Positions 23,932 through 37,635 of a stretch of 64,000 nt of DNA are shown here, one piece after another. The translations under genes were made by a program, and so were the position numbers. Each line of letters opens with the position of its first letter. Position 1 is the stretch's first letter. This DNA is from Eledone cirrhosa (taxonomy: Eukaryota), in NCBI GenBank assembly GCA_964016885.1, contig OZ024756.1, positions 20,832,001-20,896,000 on the forward strand, read 5' to 3'. Below the pieces are notes generated by a model. The model did not search any database. It was given only the letters and a program-made list of their open reading frames with translations, and was not told where the DNA came from.

Positions 23932-24075
23932 TTATATATATATAACAACAGTAGACATTTACTTTAGAATTTTAATCCTGCGAAAACACTATACATATTT
24001 CGATGGCTCATCTTCATTATCCAATCATGATGCAAGACTTAGACGATTTCATCAGGTGTTAATTGCAGAATTAGT
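23740..24075. mobile_element. Two diverged Penelope-like 3' ends arranged tail-to-tail across a (TA)n tract
   Basis: The + copy reads CCTGATGAGATCG..GTCTTGCA..GCCATTGAAATATGTATAGTG..CTGTTGTTATA. The - copy reads CCTGATGAAATCG..GTCTTGCA..GCCATCGAAAATGTATAGTG..CTGTTGTTATA. Confidence 0.55.
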
Positions 24076-24587
24076 TCCATCAAACAACAGGATTACGGCG
24101 AATACAAACAGAGAATAGAAAATAGAAACTAAAGGACGGATTCGATTCGGTGATGGCCAGCCAATTCAGTGTTATAGTAACGCCAACAATCCCGTATATA
24201 TATAAAGAATGGGGTGCTCATGCGTAGAGATGCTATAAAATAGAGTAAAAACCCTTAAAGACGAAAAAAGAAGGGTATTTAAGGGCCATTATCTCCGTAT
24301 ATATGCACTTCATTCTTTATATTAACTTTATCTCCTCAGCGCTTCGTAAAAGTTCGAGAGATCGGCTTCAGATACAGGATATATATATATATAAAGAGAG
24401 AGAGAGAGAGAGATAGGGGGGTGGGGTGAGAAGGAGAGAGAGGGGGTGTCTCAAAAGTCACAAGACCATTATATATATATATTTATATATAAAGGTCTAC
24501 TGACGTTTGCGACACCCTATATATATATATATATATATACACATATATATATATACACATACACACACACACATATATATATATATA

Positions 24588-24699
24588 TCCAGGGAGTGTA
24601 ACAGATACAGATCGAACCTTGATCTGATCAGTGGTGAAACGCGCGTCACCAACCAATAAATGTAATGAAGGAGTAACCAATCGTCCTTGTTATTTTATT

Positions 24700-24703
<4 letters not shown>
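24588..24703 (+). mobile_element. Truncated copy of the 18.3 kb hammerhead-bearing element in (TA)n
   Basis: GATACAGATCGAAC..GATCAGTGGT-GAAAC-GCGC-GTC-ACC-AACCAATAAA. It starts with CCAGGGAGTGTAAC, the reverse complement of the family 3' end at about 18689-18702. Confidence 0.65.
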
Positions 24704-24783
<80 letters not shown>

Positions 24784-25131
24784 TTATTTAATCATCAAGA
24801 CTATAGACACCTATTGTATTTGTATGGGTAAGTAAGTAAGGTTTGACAGTACCTACAAAAACTAAAGGCTATAAACATTAATTATTAAAGATAAAAAGTA
24901 CGAAATTTTTCAGATCGTTAGTAAAATGGTAAATTAATGTACGGAATTCAGCGTTTAATAGAGTTAAGTGGGTAATATTTATAATGTAGACAGCTAAAAT
25001 TTCTGACGTGAATTCAGCTCCGCAGGGCATTAAATATAGTATCATAGAAGCCGAGTAATTTCTGCTTTCACAGACTGAGAAATGTGAGAGTGTCTTATTG
25101 CCCCCTGGTAAGCGAGACACACGCACACACA

Positions 25132-25220
<89 letters not shown>

Positions 25221-26687
25221 GTATGTATATACATACACATTATATATATATATATATATCTTTTACATATTGTCTCATCATGATGAGATCTTTTGTTGCC
25301 AAATCTCTTTATTGATGCATACCGCTTACCCTGAGTATTTACTCATGGCACGTGGTACACATCTGCAATAATTATAGTCAAGAAAAATTACAAATTACAG
25401 GAAAATGCAAGGATATTTCATTCCAACAAATAGAGGCGAAAATATATTAGTGATATTAAGTAACATAACTGGCATTGCTCCTTCCCCTCTCACGATAAAA
25501 ATTTTTTTTTTTTTCTTGACTAAAAAGGGAACATAAGATATAAATAAAAATAATATATTCGAGAGAAGTTGAAATGTTGAGTTATCTAGAAGAAAGAAAG
25601 TATAGAATTGATGTTAGTACCTTTGAGAATTTGGGCCTTTGTGTCTGTAAACGTAATTAAAAAAAAGCAACATGAAACTATTAGTACACCCTATAAACTG
25701 GTATATAAGGCGGCGAAATGGTCGTTAGAACGTCAGATAGAATGCTTTGCGGTATACGTTTCGTCTTTCTGCTCTCTGAGTTCAAATCCCGTCGAGGTCA
25801 ACTTTGCCTTTCATCCATTCGAGGCCGATAAAAAAGTACCAGTCTAGTACTGGCGGGTCGATTCTTCTTCTATATCTCTTTCTCATTTCCAATGTTTTCG
25901 GTTCATTTCCATTTGTTTTGGCTCTCATCTCTCTGAGTTCAAATCCCGTCCGTGTCAACTTTGCCTTTCATCCATTCGAAAGTCGATACAAAAAATACCA
26001 GTCTCGTACTGGGGTCGATTCTTCATGTATATCTCTTTCTCATTTCCATTCTCTCACTTTCTCTATCCTTCTCTGGAAGAAATCTGCTGTATTCGGATCT
26101 GGAGATGAGATGGATTCCGCTAAGTTAAAAAAAATACCACGGAAACGCCATATCTCAATATGGCGTCCCTACGACTTCTTCAGGAGTTACGGGATCATGT
26201 ATGCATTAACTGGTATGTAAGATGATGATGATGATGATCTTGGCAGGATTGGTAGAGCTTCCGTTAACATGCTATCGCAGTATTTGTTCTGGTTCTTTAC
26301 ATTCTGAGTTGAAATCCCACCAAGGTCAACATTGATTTTCATCCATTCGAGATCCATAAAAATAGTACCAGTTAAGTACTGGGGTCAATTTAATCATCTT
26401 TGCCTTCCCTCTTGTGCTTAAGTTAGAAATCAATAATTATGATGAAGATAATTATGGAGCCGTTGATGCTGATGCTGATGATATATTGGTATTTTGATGT
26501 TGTAATTGCAAATGGCGCTGAAGTATTTTCTCTTTCCTTTCGTTGAATATGTCCTGGCTGCCATCTTTACATGTCACAAATATCACTACTAATGGTTGCT
26601 AGTGACCCAGAGGCCTGGCACAAAACCTTGTGCCTAAAGAAGAAGAACGGGACTATCTAGCATATATATATATACATGCATACATAC

Positions 26688-26761
<74 letters not shown>

Positions 26762-27559
26762 TTATATACATACATATATATATATATATGTATATGCACA
26801 TGTGTGTGTATTGTGTATATATATATTACACACACACATACATACTTACACACACACGCTTACACACACACGCTTACACACGCATGCTTACATCCATATG
26901 CATATGTATATATATATATATATATATATACAGGTGTCTGTATGTGTATTTGTGTGTGTGTCTGTGATGATAGCACTAGTGACAGCACTGGTGGTGGTGG
27001 TGGTAGTGATGGTGGTGGTGGTGTTGGTGGTGTTGTTGGGGGTGGGGGTGATAACGACCTTCACCGTTTCACCTTAGGGTATGTAAGGCTCCATGAATTA
27101 TATCAGACCACTTTTTATCCAGGGGTACAGAAAGAGGAGGAAGAAGAGGGGGTGGGGAGAAGACGGATAGGGAGGAGGTGAAGCAGTAGACGAATAATAA
27201 TAATAATAATAATAAGAAGAAGACGACGAAGAAGAAAAAGAAAAAAGAAGACAAAGTAGAAGACAAAGAAGAAGAAGAAGAAGAAGAAGAAGAAGAAGAA
27301 GAAGAAGAAGAAGAAGAAGAAGAAGAAAACGACAAGGAAAAAGAAGAAGAAGGCAATGAAGAAGAAGAAGGCAAAGAAGAAGAAGAAGAAGAAGAAGAAG
27401 AAGAAGAAGAAGACAAAAAAGGAGACAGAGAAGAAGAGAATTCCTACAACAAGTGACACCATTATCGTTATTTCTTAATCAGAGATAATGGAAAGACATT
27501 ATCTCTGATTAAGAAATATTCATTTATTTTGTGTCACTAGCAAAGAACATTAAACGACA

Positions 27560-28834
27560 CACCATATAGACACCACCCCCGCCCGTGATACCCCGCCGCC
27601 CTTCTCCACATTAAGTGACACAGTATATATATAGACCCACCCACCGCCCAGCACCTCTGCCCTTCTCTACATTAAAGGACACAGTATATATAGACCCACC
27701 CCCACCGCCCAGCACCTCCGCCCTTCTTTACATTAAGTGACAGTATATATAGACCCACCCCACCCACACCACGCCGCCTTTCTCTACATCAAAGGACACA
27801 GTATATATATATAGACCCAACCCCACGCCACCCCACGCCGTCCTTCTCTACATTAAAGGACACTATATATATATAGGACCCACCCCCGCCCTTCTTTACA
27901 TTAAAGGACACACAATATATATACACCCAACCCCACGCCGCCCTTCTCTATATTAAAGGACACAGTGTATAGGACCCACCCGCCCGCCCTGCCTCCCTTC
28001 TCTACATTAAAGGACACACTATATAGGACCTACCCCGCCCTGCCTCCCTTCTCTACATTAAAGGACACATTATATAGGACCCACCCCGCCCTGCCTCCCT
28101 TCTCTACATTAAAGGACACATTATATAGGACCCACCCCGCTCTGCCTCCCTTCTCTACATTGAAGGACACATTATATAGGACCCACCCCGCCCTGCCTCC
28201 CTTCTCTACATTAAAGGACACATTATATAGGACCCACCCCGCCCTGCCTCCCTTCTCTACATTAAAGGACACATTATATAGGACCCACCCCGCCCTGCCT
28301 CCCTTCTCTACATTAAAGGACACATTATATAGGACCCACCCCGCTCTGCCTCCCTTCTCTACATTGAAGGACACATTATATAGGACCCACCCCGCCCTGC
28401 CTCCCTTCTCTACATTAAAGGACACATTATATAGGACCCACCCCGCTCTGCCTCCCTTCTCTACATTGAAGGTCACATTATATAGGACCCACTCCGCTCT
28501 GCCTCCCTTCTCTACATTGAAGGACACATTATATAGGACCTACCCCGCCCTGCCTCCCTTCTCTACATTGAAGGACACATTATATAGGACCCACCCCGCT
28601 CTGCCTCCCTTCTCTACATTGAAGGACACATTATATAGGACCCACCCCGCTCTGCCTCCCTTCTCTACATTGAAGGACACATTATATAGGACCCACCCCG
28701 CCCTGCCTCCCTTCTCTACATTAAAGGTCACACTATATATATAGGACCCACGCCGTCGCCCTTTCTCTACATTAAAGGTCACACTATATATATAGGACCC
28801 ACGCCGTCGCCCTTTCTCTACATTAAAGGTCACA

Positions 28835-28878
<44 letters not shown>

Positions 28879-28975
28879 CAAATCCCACCCCACCACGCCA
28901 CCCCTCTCTACATTAAAGGACGCACTATATATATATATAGACCCACCCCCACCCCACCACGCCGCCCTTCTCCAT
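27560..28975. repeat. 51-bp minisatellite with a homogeneous core and diverged edges
   Basis: Unit TATAGGACCCACCCCGCCCTGCCTCCCTTCTCTACATTAAAGGACACATTA. It gives the 17-aa periodicity in the ORFs. Confidence 0.95.
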
Positions 28976-29301
28976 ACAGGTGAAATCAGTTAAAACATTT
29001 GATTAAAAATTAGCTCACGTCTGGTGGAAAGCTAAACTTAGACTTAGTATATTATAACATGTAAAATATTATCTTGTAACTGATACAACCGTGTGGGTAT
29101 GTGTGAGTAGTGAGTAGTGTGTGTGTGTTTGTGTGTGTAGTGTGTGAGAGGAGATAGATGTGCCTCTGATTGTGTAAATGTTTGTGAGTGTATGTGCACA
29201 TGTATGTATGTATGTATGTATGTATGTATGTATGTATGTATGTATGTATGTATGTATGTATGAATGTATGTATGTATGTATGTATGTGTATATGTGTTAT
29301 G

Positions 29302-29905
29302 TCAGGTCACCAGTTGATGCTACTGGTAACATGTATCCCAGTACAACCTGTCCCATGGTCGGGTCGTTGGCGACTAAACTAGCAACCCCACCAAGGTTTC
29401 TTGGTGAGGAGGGTGACTTTGGACATCCTGCAGGACTAAAAACAAAACCTGTCAAAGGGCAAAGGAGCTCTTAAGAGTCAATGGCCATCCAAAATCACCG
29501 GGAGAGATGACCCTTTAGCCTTTGTCAAGGCAGAATTCTAGGAGAAGGAAAACTCTGATATAACACCTGCAACCCTGATGGTATCCAATGATGTTGACTT
29601 GTTCTTCTTTTTGGTAAATATCATCTTGGTTAAGAGAGTGGGACTGGCTTTGTGCAGTGCCTTTCCTCACTATAAAAGCTTCACGGCACAGGCATTGCTT
29701 TATATCAGGAGATCTCTCTGCACTTGTCGTCACATGGTACCATGGGCCCAGCACTATGTGTCAATAATTGTCACAAGTGTAGTGTTTGTACCAGAGTTTT
29801 CAAGTCGCTGGCTGGACTAAAAAGTCACACTCGTTCAGCGCATCGGTAGGGGTTCTCCTACATATAAAGTAGTGGCCGTACTCGAAAACGAGTTGGCAGC
29901 CACCA
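29302..29905 (+). mobile_element. Non-autonomous RTE-derived element inserted in (ATGT)n
   Basis: RTE-like 5' UTR motif CTAGGAGAAGGAAAACTCTGA. The 3' part encodes a C2H2-like HKCSVCTRVFKSLAGLKSHTRSAHR* and ends GGCAGCCACC-(ATGT)n. Confidence 0.6.
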
Positions 29906-29929
29906 TGTATGTATGTATGTATGTATATA

Positions 29930-30255
29930 CACATGTACCGCGCGGTTAAACCACTGGGAGTGAAGGACCCCTAGCCTTTTTCAGGGCATTCTTCTAGGAG
30001 AAGGCAACTCAGGAAACTGGGATAACTCCGATATAAAACCTGCGGCTCAGTACTTACCGATGATGTTGATCTTTTCTTCTTTTCGGGGTATAGCTACTGT
30101 CGCTCAGAGAGTGGGATTGGCTCAGTGCACAGTCTTTCCCCACTTTAAAAAATATCTTCACACACAGGCATTGAATAATAGAATTAATTAATAATTATTA
30201 ATAATGGTATATCGTGCAATGGCAATACTCGATAACGAGGGGACAGCCATCATAT
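29930..30255 (+). mobile_element. Related RTE-derived SINE-like element
   Basis: CTAGGAGAAGGCAACTC..GATATAAAACCTGC and tail ATACTCGATAACGAGGGGACAGCCATC parallel the 29302 element. Confidence 0.55.
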
Positions 30256-30482
30256 GTATATATACATGCATATATATGTATGAATGTATGAATGTATATG
30301 TGTGAATGCATGTATGCATGAATTTATGTATGTGTGTATGTATGTATATATATGCATGTATATCTATGTATGCATGTATGTATGTATATATGTGTGTATG
30401 CATGTATGCATGCATGTACGTAGGTAGGTATGTATGCATATTTGTATGTATGTATATATGTATGTATGTATATATGTATGTA

Positions 30483-30532
<50 letters not shown>

Positions 30533-30857
30533 CATGTATGTATGTATGTGTGTATGTATGTGTATATCTATGTATGCATGCATATATGTGTATATGTACT
30601 TATGCATGTATACATGTGTGTATGTAGGTATGTGTATGTATGTATATATGCATTTGTCTTTCAGTGTGGATGCCTGAGAGTGTACGAGTGTGTATACACA
30701 CGTGTGTATACACGTGTGTCAGTGTGTTGATATATGTTCGTGTGTGTGCTCGTGTATATACATGCATACGTCTGTGAATGTGGATAGATGTGTGTGTGTG
30801 CCTGTGTGTGTGTGAGCGGGACACGTACACACACACACTCTCACACAAGTACGCTCG

Positions 30858-30894
<37 letters not shown>

Positions 30895-31357
30895 ACACAC
30901 ACACACACACAAGTACACACACACTCACACACACAAGTACACACACTCACACACACAAGTACACACACTCACACACAAGTACACACACTCACACACACAA
31001 GTACACACACACACACTCACACACAAGTACACACACTCACACATACAAATACACACACACACACACTTACACACACAAGTACACACACACACCAGAGTAG
31101 ATTTGAACGTATGTGTGGGTGGCTGTTTGAGATAAAGTGTATCTGTTATGTGTAAGCACGCGTGTAAGATTGCTTACATAATTGTGTGTGTGTAGATTTG
31201 TTCCTATATATGTATGTACATACATACCTACATGTAAATTTATATACTCACACACACACACACATACACACACATATATATGTATGTATATACTTCTGGA
31301 TATATATATGTGTATGTACTTTTGGATATATATATATATATATATATGTATTTATGG

Positions 31358-31400
<43 letters not shown>

Positions 31401-31513
31401 TATATATATAAAAATATATATATGTATATATATATATGTGTATGTGTGTGTGTATATATATATATATATATACACACACATACACATATATATATACATA
31501 TATATATATTTTT

Positions 31514-31561
<48 letters not shown>

Positions 31562-31588
31562 TACACATATATATATACATTGTGTGTG

Positions 31589-31624
<36 letters not shown>

Positions 31625-32910
31625 TACACATATATATATACATATATATATATTTTTTTTATATATATAAACATATATATATATATACACACATACATAT
31701 ATACACACCTGTATATGTATGTATATCTATATATATAAGCATGCGTGTGTCATGTATTAACGTCTGTATCTGTGATTGTGAGCTCTAGTGTACGTGCCCT
31801 CTCTGAATACCTTTTTATCATGTAGACGAACATTCAGTAACAACGTGACAGGCGAGTGACATAGATGTGATAGGATTCTTGTTACAAAAAAAAATCTGTT
31901 ATAATTTAGTAAGAGACAAAGACAATGATGTTAAAAAAAGATCTTCTAACATGTGCTACGTTACAGTACTTTCGGGGAAATTTCCACTGTTGCTATTTTG
32001 AGCAGAATCGGTAGAGTACTGGGCAAAATGCCCTTGTGATATATAGTTACATGTCTTTACTTTCCCTTCTGAGTTCAAATCCTTCAGATACCCACTGTGT
32101 CAATAACCTTTCACCCAGGGCCGTAATTAATGGTGGGCAATTAAACCGGGCCCCCTGCAGTTTGGATCGGTAGACTGCTGGGCAAAATACCCTTGTGGTA
32201 TATAGATACATCTCTTTACTTTCCTTTCTGAGTCCAAATCATTCAGATGCCGACTGTGTCAATAAACTTTCACCTGAGGCCTTAATTAATTAAGAGCAAT
32301 TAAACATGGCCCTCTAGAGTATGGTGGGCACCAGCGACGTCCGTAGCAATTTATTTGTGCCCTCAGCAAATTTTTGAATTTAATACCTGTCAATATTTTA
32401 TCGACTCCGCAACGATGAAATGTAAAGTTAGCGAGTAGTGTTTCCGGTAAATCTTTTCATTTTTTTTCTTTTGGTTGGAAAATAAAAACTGAAAAAGTTT
32501 ACATGTACCTCTTGACCAGGATTGAACCCAAGACCACGATCTCCACCGTCTTAAGTAACTACCGGTCGGCCACAGAGACGACTACAAAAATCCTATGAAA
32601 ATTCATGCTTATAAACCTACTTTCAGAATTTTCAAAACAAAGTGTTGTGGTGTCGTTGATGTCTTTCTTAATATTATTGTTCCTATTTAAGGTCGACTTC
32701 TAAATCATTTGGGTGTTCCATAAACTACATTCTCGTTTTGTTTCACATCTATCTAGACAATATTGTAACCTGAAATCCATGTTTCGTTTCTGTTACACCT
32801 TATTTCTCCCCCCCCCCCCCCCTCTCTCTCTTTCTCTCTGTGATATTTGAATCTACTATGATTTGGGCTTATGCTTTTGCATGTGAAATTCAAACTTACA
32901 ATGATTGGCG

Positions 32911-32964
<54 letters not shown>

Positions 32965-33016
32965 CGGCAATGAATTAGTTTTGCGAGGATTTTGATATGA
33001 AATCGTGTGTCGAAAC

Positions 33017-33395
33017 AAATATTGTTATACTTGGGGAGGGTCATGTTTGTGTAATATTGCCAGAATTAATAACAGAATACACTCACTGTTTGGTTGGTTT
33101 TCGCTTTTCGCTTCTGTGTCTTTTATATCGGTAATCTAATTTATTCGGTCCTCAATGTTGCCATTGACTGACCAACGGTAAAAAATAATACAGATACAAT
33201 ATAGACACAAACACATATTGTATCTGTATTATTTTTGACCGTTGGTCAGTCAATGGCAACATTGAGGACCGAATAAATTAGATTACCGATATAAAAGACA
33301 CAGAAGCGAAAAGCGAAAACCAACCAAACAATGAGTGTGTTCTGTTATTAATTCTGGCAATATTACACAAATATGACCCTCCCCAAGTATAACAA

Positions 33396-33400
<5 letters not shown>
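33017..33400. repeat. Near-perfect long inverted repeat (186-bp arms, 12-bp loop) between (TA)n tracts
   Basis: 33017-33202 is the reverse complement of 33215-33400 with only a few mismatches. Confidence 0.95.
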
Positions 33401-33460
<60 letters not shown>

Positions 33461-33629
33461 AGTAATAATAATAAATTTGAAGACTAAAATCCAAAGAGGG
33501 CTCGATAAGGATAAATATATATCAAATATATAAGAACCGTAGAGAAAATAAAGTTTAAGCAAAGAATCGCTGCTTTCACCCTTAACGGGATCTTAACGAC
33601 TAGGAATAATAAGGTTGTTACTAAAGGGC

Positions 33630-34172
33630 GACGTGATTTGAAACTCAGAACGCAAATCACCATAACTATATATTACAAAGCATGTTGTATGGCGCTCAAC
33701 CGAAACTGTCAATTAATCGCCCTTAATAATGATTTCTAGTATAGGCACAAGGCCAGTAATTCTGGCGGGGAGGGGAAAGTCGATTAAATCGACCCCTAGT
33801 ACGTTACTGGTGTTTTATTTTATCGACTCTGTAAGGATGAAAGGTAAAGTTAACCTCGGCGTGATTTGAACTCAGACCGTAAAACACCATAACTATATAT
33901 TACAAAGCATGTTGTCTGACGCTCTGCTGATTCTGTCAATCAATCGCCCTTAACAATGGTTTTTGATTGAAGTACAAGGCCAATAATTTTGTGGGGAGGG
34001 GGAACGTCGGTTAAATCGACCCAGTGCGTTACTGGTACTTTATTTTATCGACCCCGTAAGGATGAAAGGCAAAGTTAACCTCGACGGGATTTGAACTCAG
34101 AACATAAAGGGCCGTAACTCTATGCTGTAAAGCATGGTGTCCGACCCTCTACCGAAACTTCCAATCCGCCGC
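33630..34172 (-). mobile_element. Tandem tRNA-derived SINE copies
   Basis: Two full copies and one partial head/core/tail unit in tandem. Confidence 0.8.
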
Positions 34173-35481
34173 CTTAAATAAGGTACGAATAATACAACGT
34201 TAAACTTACTTGTATATTCAAGAGAATTCCCTTCCGTATCACAAATAGTTTTCCATCGTTGAATTGTTCTGTTAACTGCAGTATAATAGGATATGATTTC
34301 CTAGATCCAAATCTTGATTTGAAAACTATTTTAAGTTCACTTACGTCTTTAATGGGAGTTTCTTCTCTCAAGACGTTCTGCTGTTCAGTTCTCCTGAGAT
34401 TTTCTAACCACTGACCAAAGTTCTGAATGGACTTCTTTCCTATTCTCTTTCTCCTAAGAAAGTACGGAAGTTCGAATACATTAAAATATTTACACATCAC
34501 TCAAATATTTTGATATTCCTTCGTACGTGGAAAAAACAAATCAATAGGACACCCCTTCCCTCCTCCACTTCTAGAGAGTACAGTAGTGTCGTATCAACAG
34601 GAATCATATCCGGTTTGATGGCTGTTTAGATAAGTTACAACAGTTTTAAAATGAGATTTTAGCCTTTGGTAAAAATCGTCTCAATTACGCTATCACTCAA
34701 CTGACGCTTTTAGTCACCCGTAATTGCAGTAAAATTTGGCACTAAAAATACTTATCAAAACTACTGTATCTAAATAATCTATTATACGGGAAAGAAAATT
34801 TCATAGGCTGACCAAGATACTCTCATGGAATGACCAAATGAAGTTTATTTTGCAACATAGTCACTGGAAAGAAACAACGCTGTTATTAATAAGAAGAGTT
34901 GAAATTAATGAATTAAAGATTTCACAGCTCTAGTTTCACTGCTTCATAGTCAGCCTATATATATATATAATTCTTTTTTGGACATTTTGTGCCATTCAGA
35001 AAAGATTTGAATCACTCGACTCAGATGAAATATCTCAGTATAGAAGTTGGCTAGAATCATGTTATTCTATTTCTAATTCAATTCTCTCAATATCCCTACC
35101 CTTCACTGGAAGAAATCTGCTGTATTTAGACATGGAGAGGTTTGGGCTCTGCCAGGTTTAAGAAATGCTCTAGAAACACCGTATGTCAATACGGCGTCCC
35201 TACGACTACCCCAGAAGTTACGGGACCATGCATGCATGCTATTTCTAATTTAGCACTTAGCGTCCTGGAGATTATAATATTTTCTCTAGGAGGAAATAAG
35301 TTTCCATTGGTTTGATCTTCATAAAATTAAACGAAATCAGGAGGCGACAACTTTCGCCAAGATGTTCTACATGAAACAATTTGTGATATTGCAGATGTTC
35401 TCTAAAACGTCGCAATAAATCATTCGAACTTACTACTTGACAAACAAGCAACACACTCAACAACTCAACGATCATCAACGC

Positions 35482-35875
35482 TGCTGTCATTTACAGAAAG
35501 GTGGACTATTTATCGTTGACACACCAGAAGAAAGAGTTAACTGTCATTTACAGAAAGGTGGACTATTTATCACCGATATACCAGAAGGAAGGGTTAGCTG
35601 TCATTTACAGAAAGGTGGACTATTTTTCGTTGACACGCCAGAAAGTAGAGTTAAATGTCATTTACAGAAAGGTGGACTATTTATCACTGATACACCAGAA
35701 GGAAGAGTTAGCTGTCATTTACAGAAAGTTGGACTATTTATCAGTGACACACCAGAAGGAAGAGTTAGCTGTCATTTACAGAAAATGGACTATTTATCAG
35801 TGACACACCAGAAGGAAGAGTTAGCTGTCATTTACAGAAAATGGACTATTTATCATTGATACACCAGAAGGAAGA
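35482..35875. repeat. About 60-bp minisatellite (about 6.5 copies)
   Basis: Unit CTGTCATTTACAGAAAGGTGGACTATTTATCACTGATACACCAGAAGGAAGAGTTAG-type. It gives the 20-aa periodicity in ORF 35437..35859. Confidence 0.9.
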
Positions 35876-36072
35876 AAGAGTGAAATATTTCTCACTGACC
35901 TGTTGTTGGAAAAAAATTTCCCCAATGCATTTGCAGTTGTTTTTTTTCTTTTTGTTTTCTTGGCAATGAAGCAACTCATCCATTGCATGGAAGCAAGGCA
36001 ACCCACAATGTATTCCAACTCTCTTTCTGGACAACGCATTGAAAGATATCTGTAGAAAAAAACAACCCCATA

Positions 36073-36159
36073 ATGGAAGAAGACACTTCTATGTTAACTG
36101 CAGATGTCATGCAAACGTTGCCTGTTATTTCAAGAAGCACACAAGGAAATGAAATCGAA
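36073..36159 (+). CDS. Speculative first coding exon of the SLC16 gene (MEEDTSMLTADVMQTLPVISRSTQGNEIE)
   Basis: Non-repetitive stretch with an ATG in ATAATGG context and a phase-0 GT donor compatible with the phase-0 acceptor at 41952. The donor GTTTAC is weak and there is no homology support. Confidence 0.2.
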
Positions 36160-37402
36160 GTTTACTTTAAGTTATCACATCTTTGGGACAGTGAACAGGC
36201 AGAGTCGTTAGAACCTCTGACATAATGATTTGTGGTGTTCATTCCGACTCTCTGCTCTCTGTGTTCAAATTCCGTTGAGGTCAACTTTGCCTTTCATCCA
36301 TTCCAGAGCGACAAAAAAAAAAAAAGGTACCAGTCTAGTACTAGGGCAGATTTTTCCTCTGTGTCTCTTCTTCACTTCCATTCTCTCAATCTCTAGCTAA
36401 TCCCTATAATCCCTACTGACACGCCCTTTCAGTCAAATAGACTTCAAACTTCCATAAACATCTTCTTTGCCCACATATTCCAGAAAGGGTCGTGGGCGCA
36501 GAATCCTTAAGCACTCCTTCCAGCGGTTCCTGTTAAAAGCAACCGTTTCCAACTGATCAGGCTAGATTCCCAACCGAGACCAGTCGAGCTTATGAATGTT
36601 ATCCAACCACCTTGCTCGGGGTCTACCCTTAGGTCTCCTGCCAGGTTGGTTTTGCTCGTAAAATCTGTCCAGCGACTTTTTCCTCAGACATTCCAATCAC
36701 ATGCTCATAGTACCGGAGCTGTGATCTCTCAATTCGGAGAAGTAGCAGCTCTACCTGAAGAAACTCTCCGATCTCCGAACTATGCACTCTATCGAGTATG
36801 TGTGTGTGTGTGTGTGTCTGTGTGTGTAATTGTTTTTACTTTTGGCACAAGGCCAGCAATATAAAATGTCGATTTTTTCTTTGACTTGTTCCATAGTTAA
36901 GGCTGTTTAAAGCGAAACACTCAAATACATATCGCGACAAGCAAAATATTATAGATTATCATAGTCATCGTTTTGAGAATGCTGACGATAGTAATTGTTT
37001 CTACTTTTGGCACAAGGCCAGCAATTATCCCAGTGCATTACTGGTACTTTATTTTATCGACCCCGTAAGGATGAAAGGCAAAGTTAACCTCGGCTGGATT
37101 TGAACTCAGAACGTAAAGGGCCGTAGTGTGTGCATGTAACAATGTACCAGGGATGTACTGAAGTCGATATAATCGCATTTCCATTTCCATTAAATTGCTG
37201 GCCTTGTGCCAATGTTAGAAAGAATTCTGAAAATTTTCTCTGAAAAGTGTTTTTCTATATTAAAGACGTTTTGCAAATGCATCTCCCTGTTATAAGAAAA
37301 ACATCATATAAACATTATTTCAAATAATGAATATGATCAACTATGTTTCGAGAAATATGCCACAAATTGACTCGTCTCTTTCAGAGGCAACAAGTGTTCT
37401 GT

Positions 37403-37433
<31 letters not shown>

Positions 37434-37635
37434 CACAAATAGTAGAAAGGAAAAATACTTTTTCAGTAGAAAATGTTGAAGAGATCTTTTCAGTGAAATA
37501 TTAAAACATTAATTTATTTACAAGAGAGACAATCTGTTTCTCGCTGGTGACCACTCACATACATATTATTGAATAACATGACAGGAGGCCGGATTGGTGA
37601 AATTCCTTTAAAGTTTTATTTATGCAGACATTATA

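Noticed and set aside
27965-28744. 259-aa repeat protein ORF
   Set aside because: By-product of a 51-bp minisatellite (unit divisible by 3). It is open on both strands and has no splice or homology support.
32500-32575. tRNA gene on the - strand (also tRNA-like heads at about 51815 and 52050)
   Set aside because: Only degenerate A/B boxes, with no convincing cloverleaf. These are SINE heads.
35437-35859. 140-aa ORF with 20-aa repeats
   Set aside because: 60-bp minisatellite whose last units change length and break the frame.
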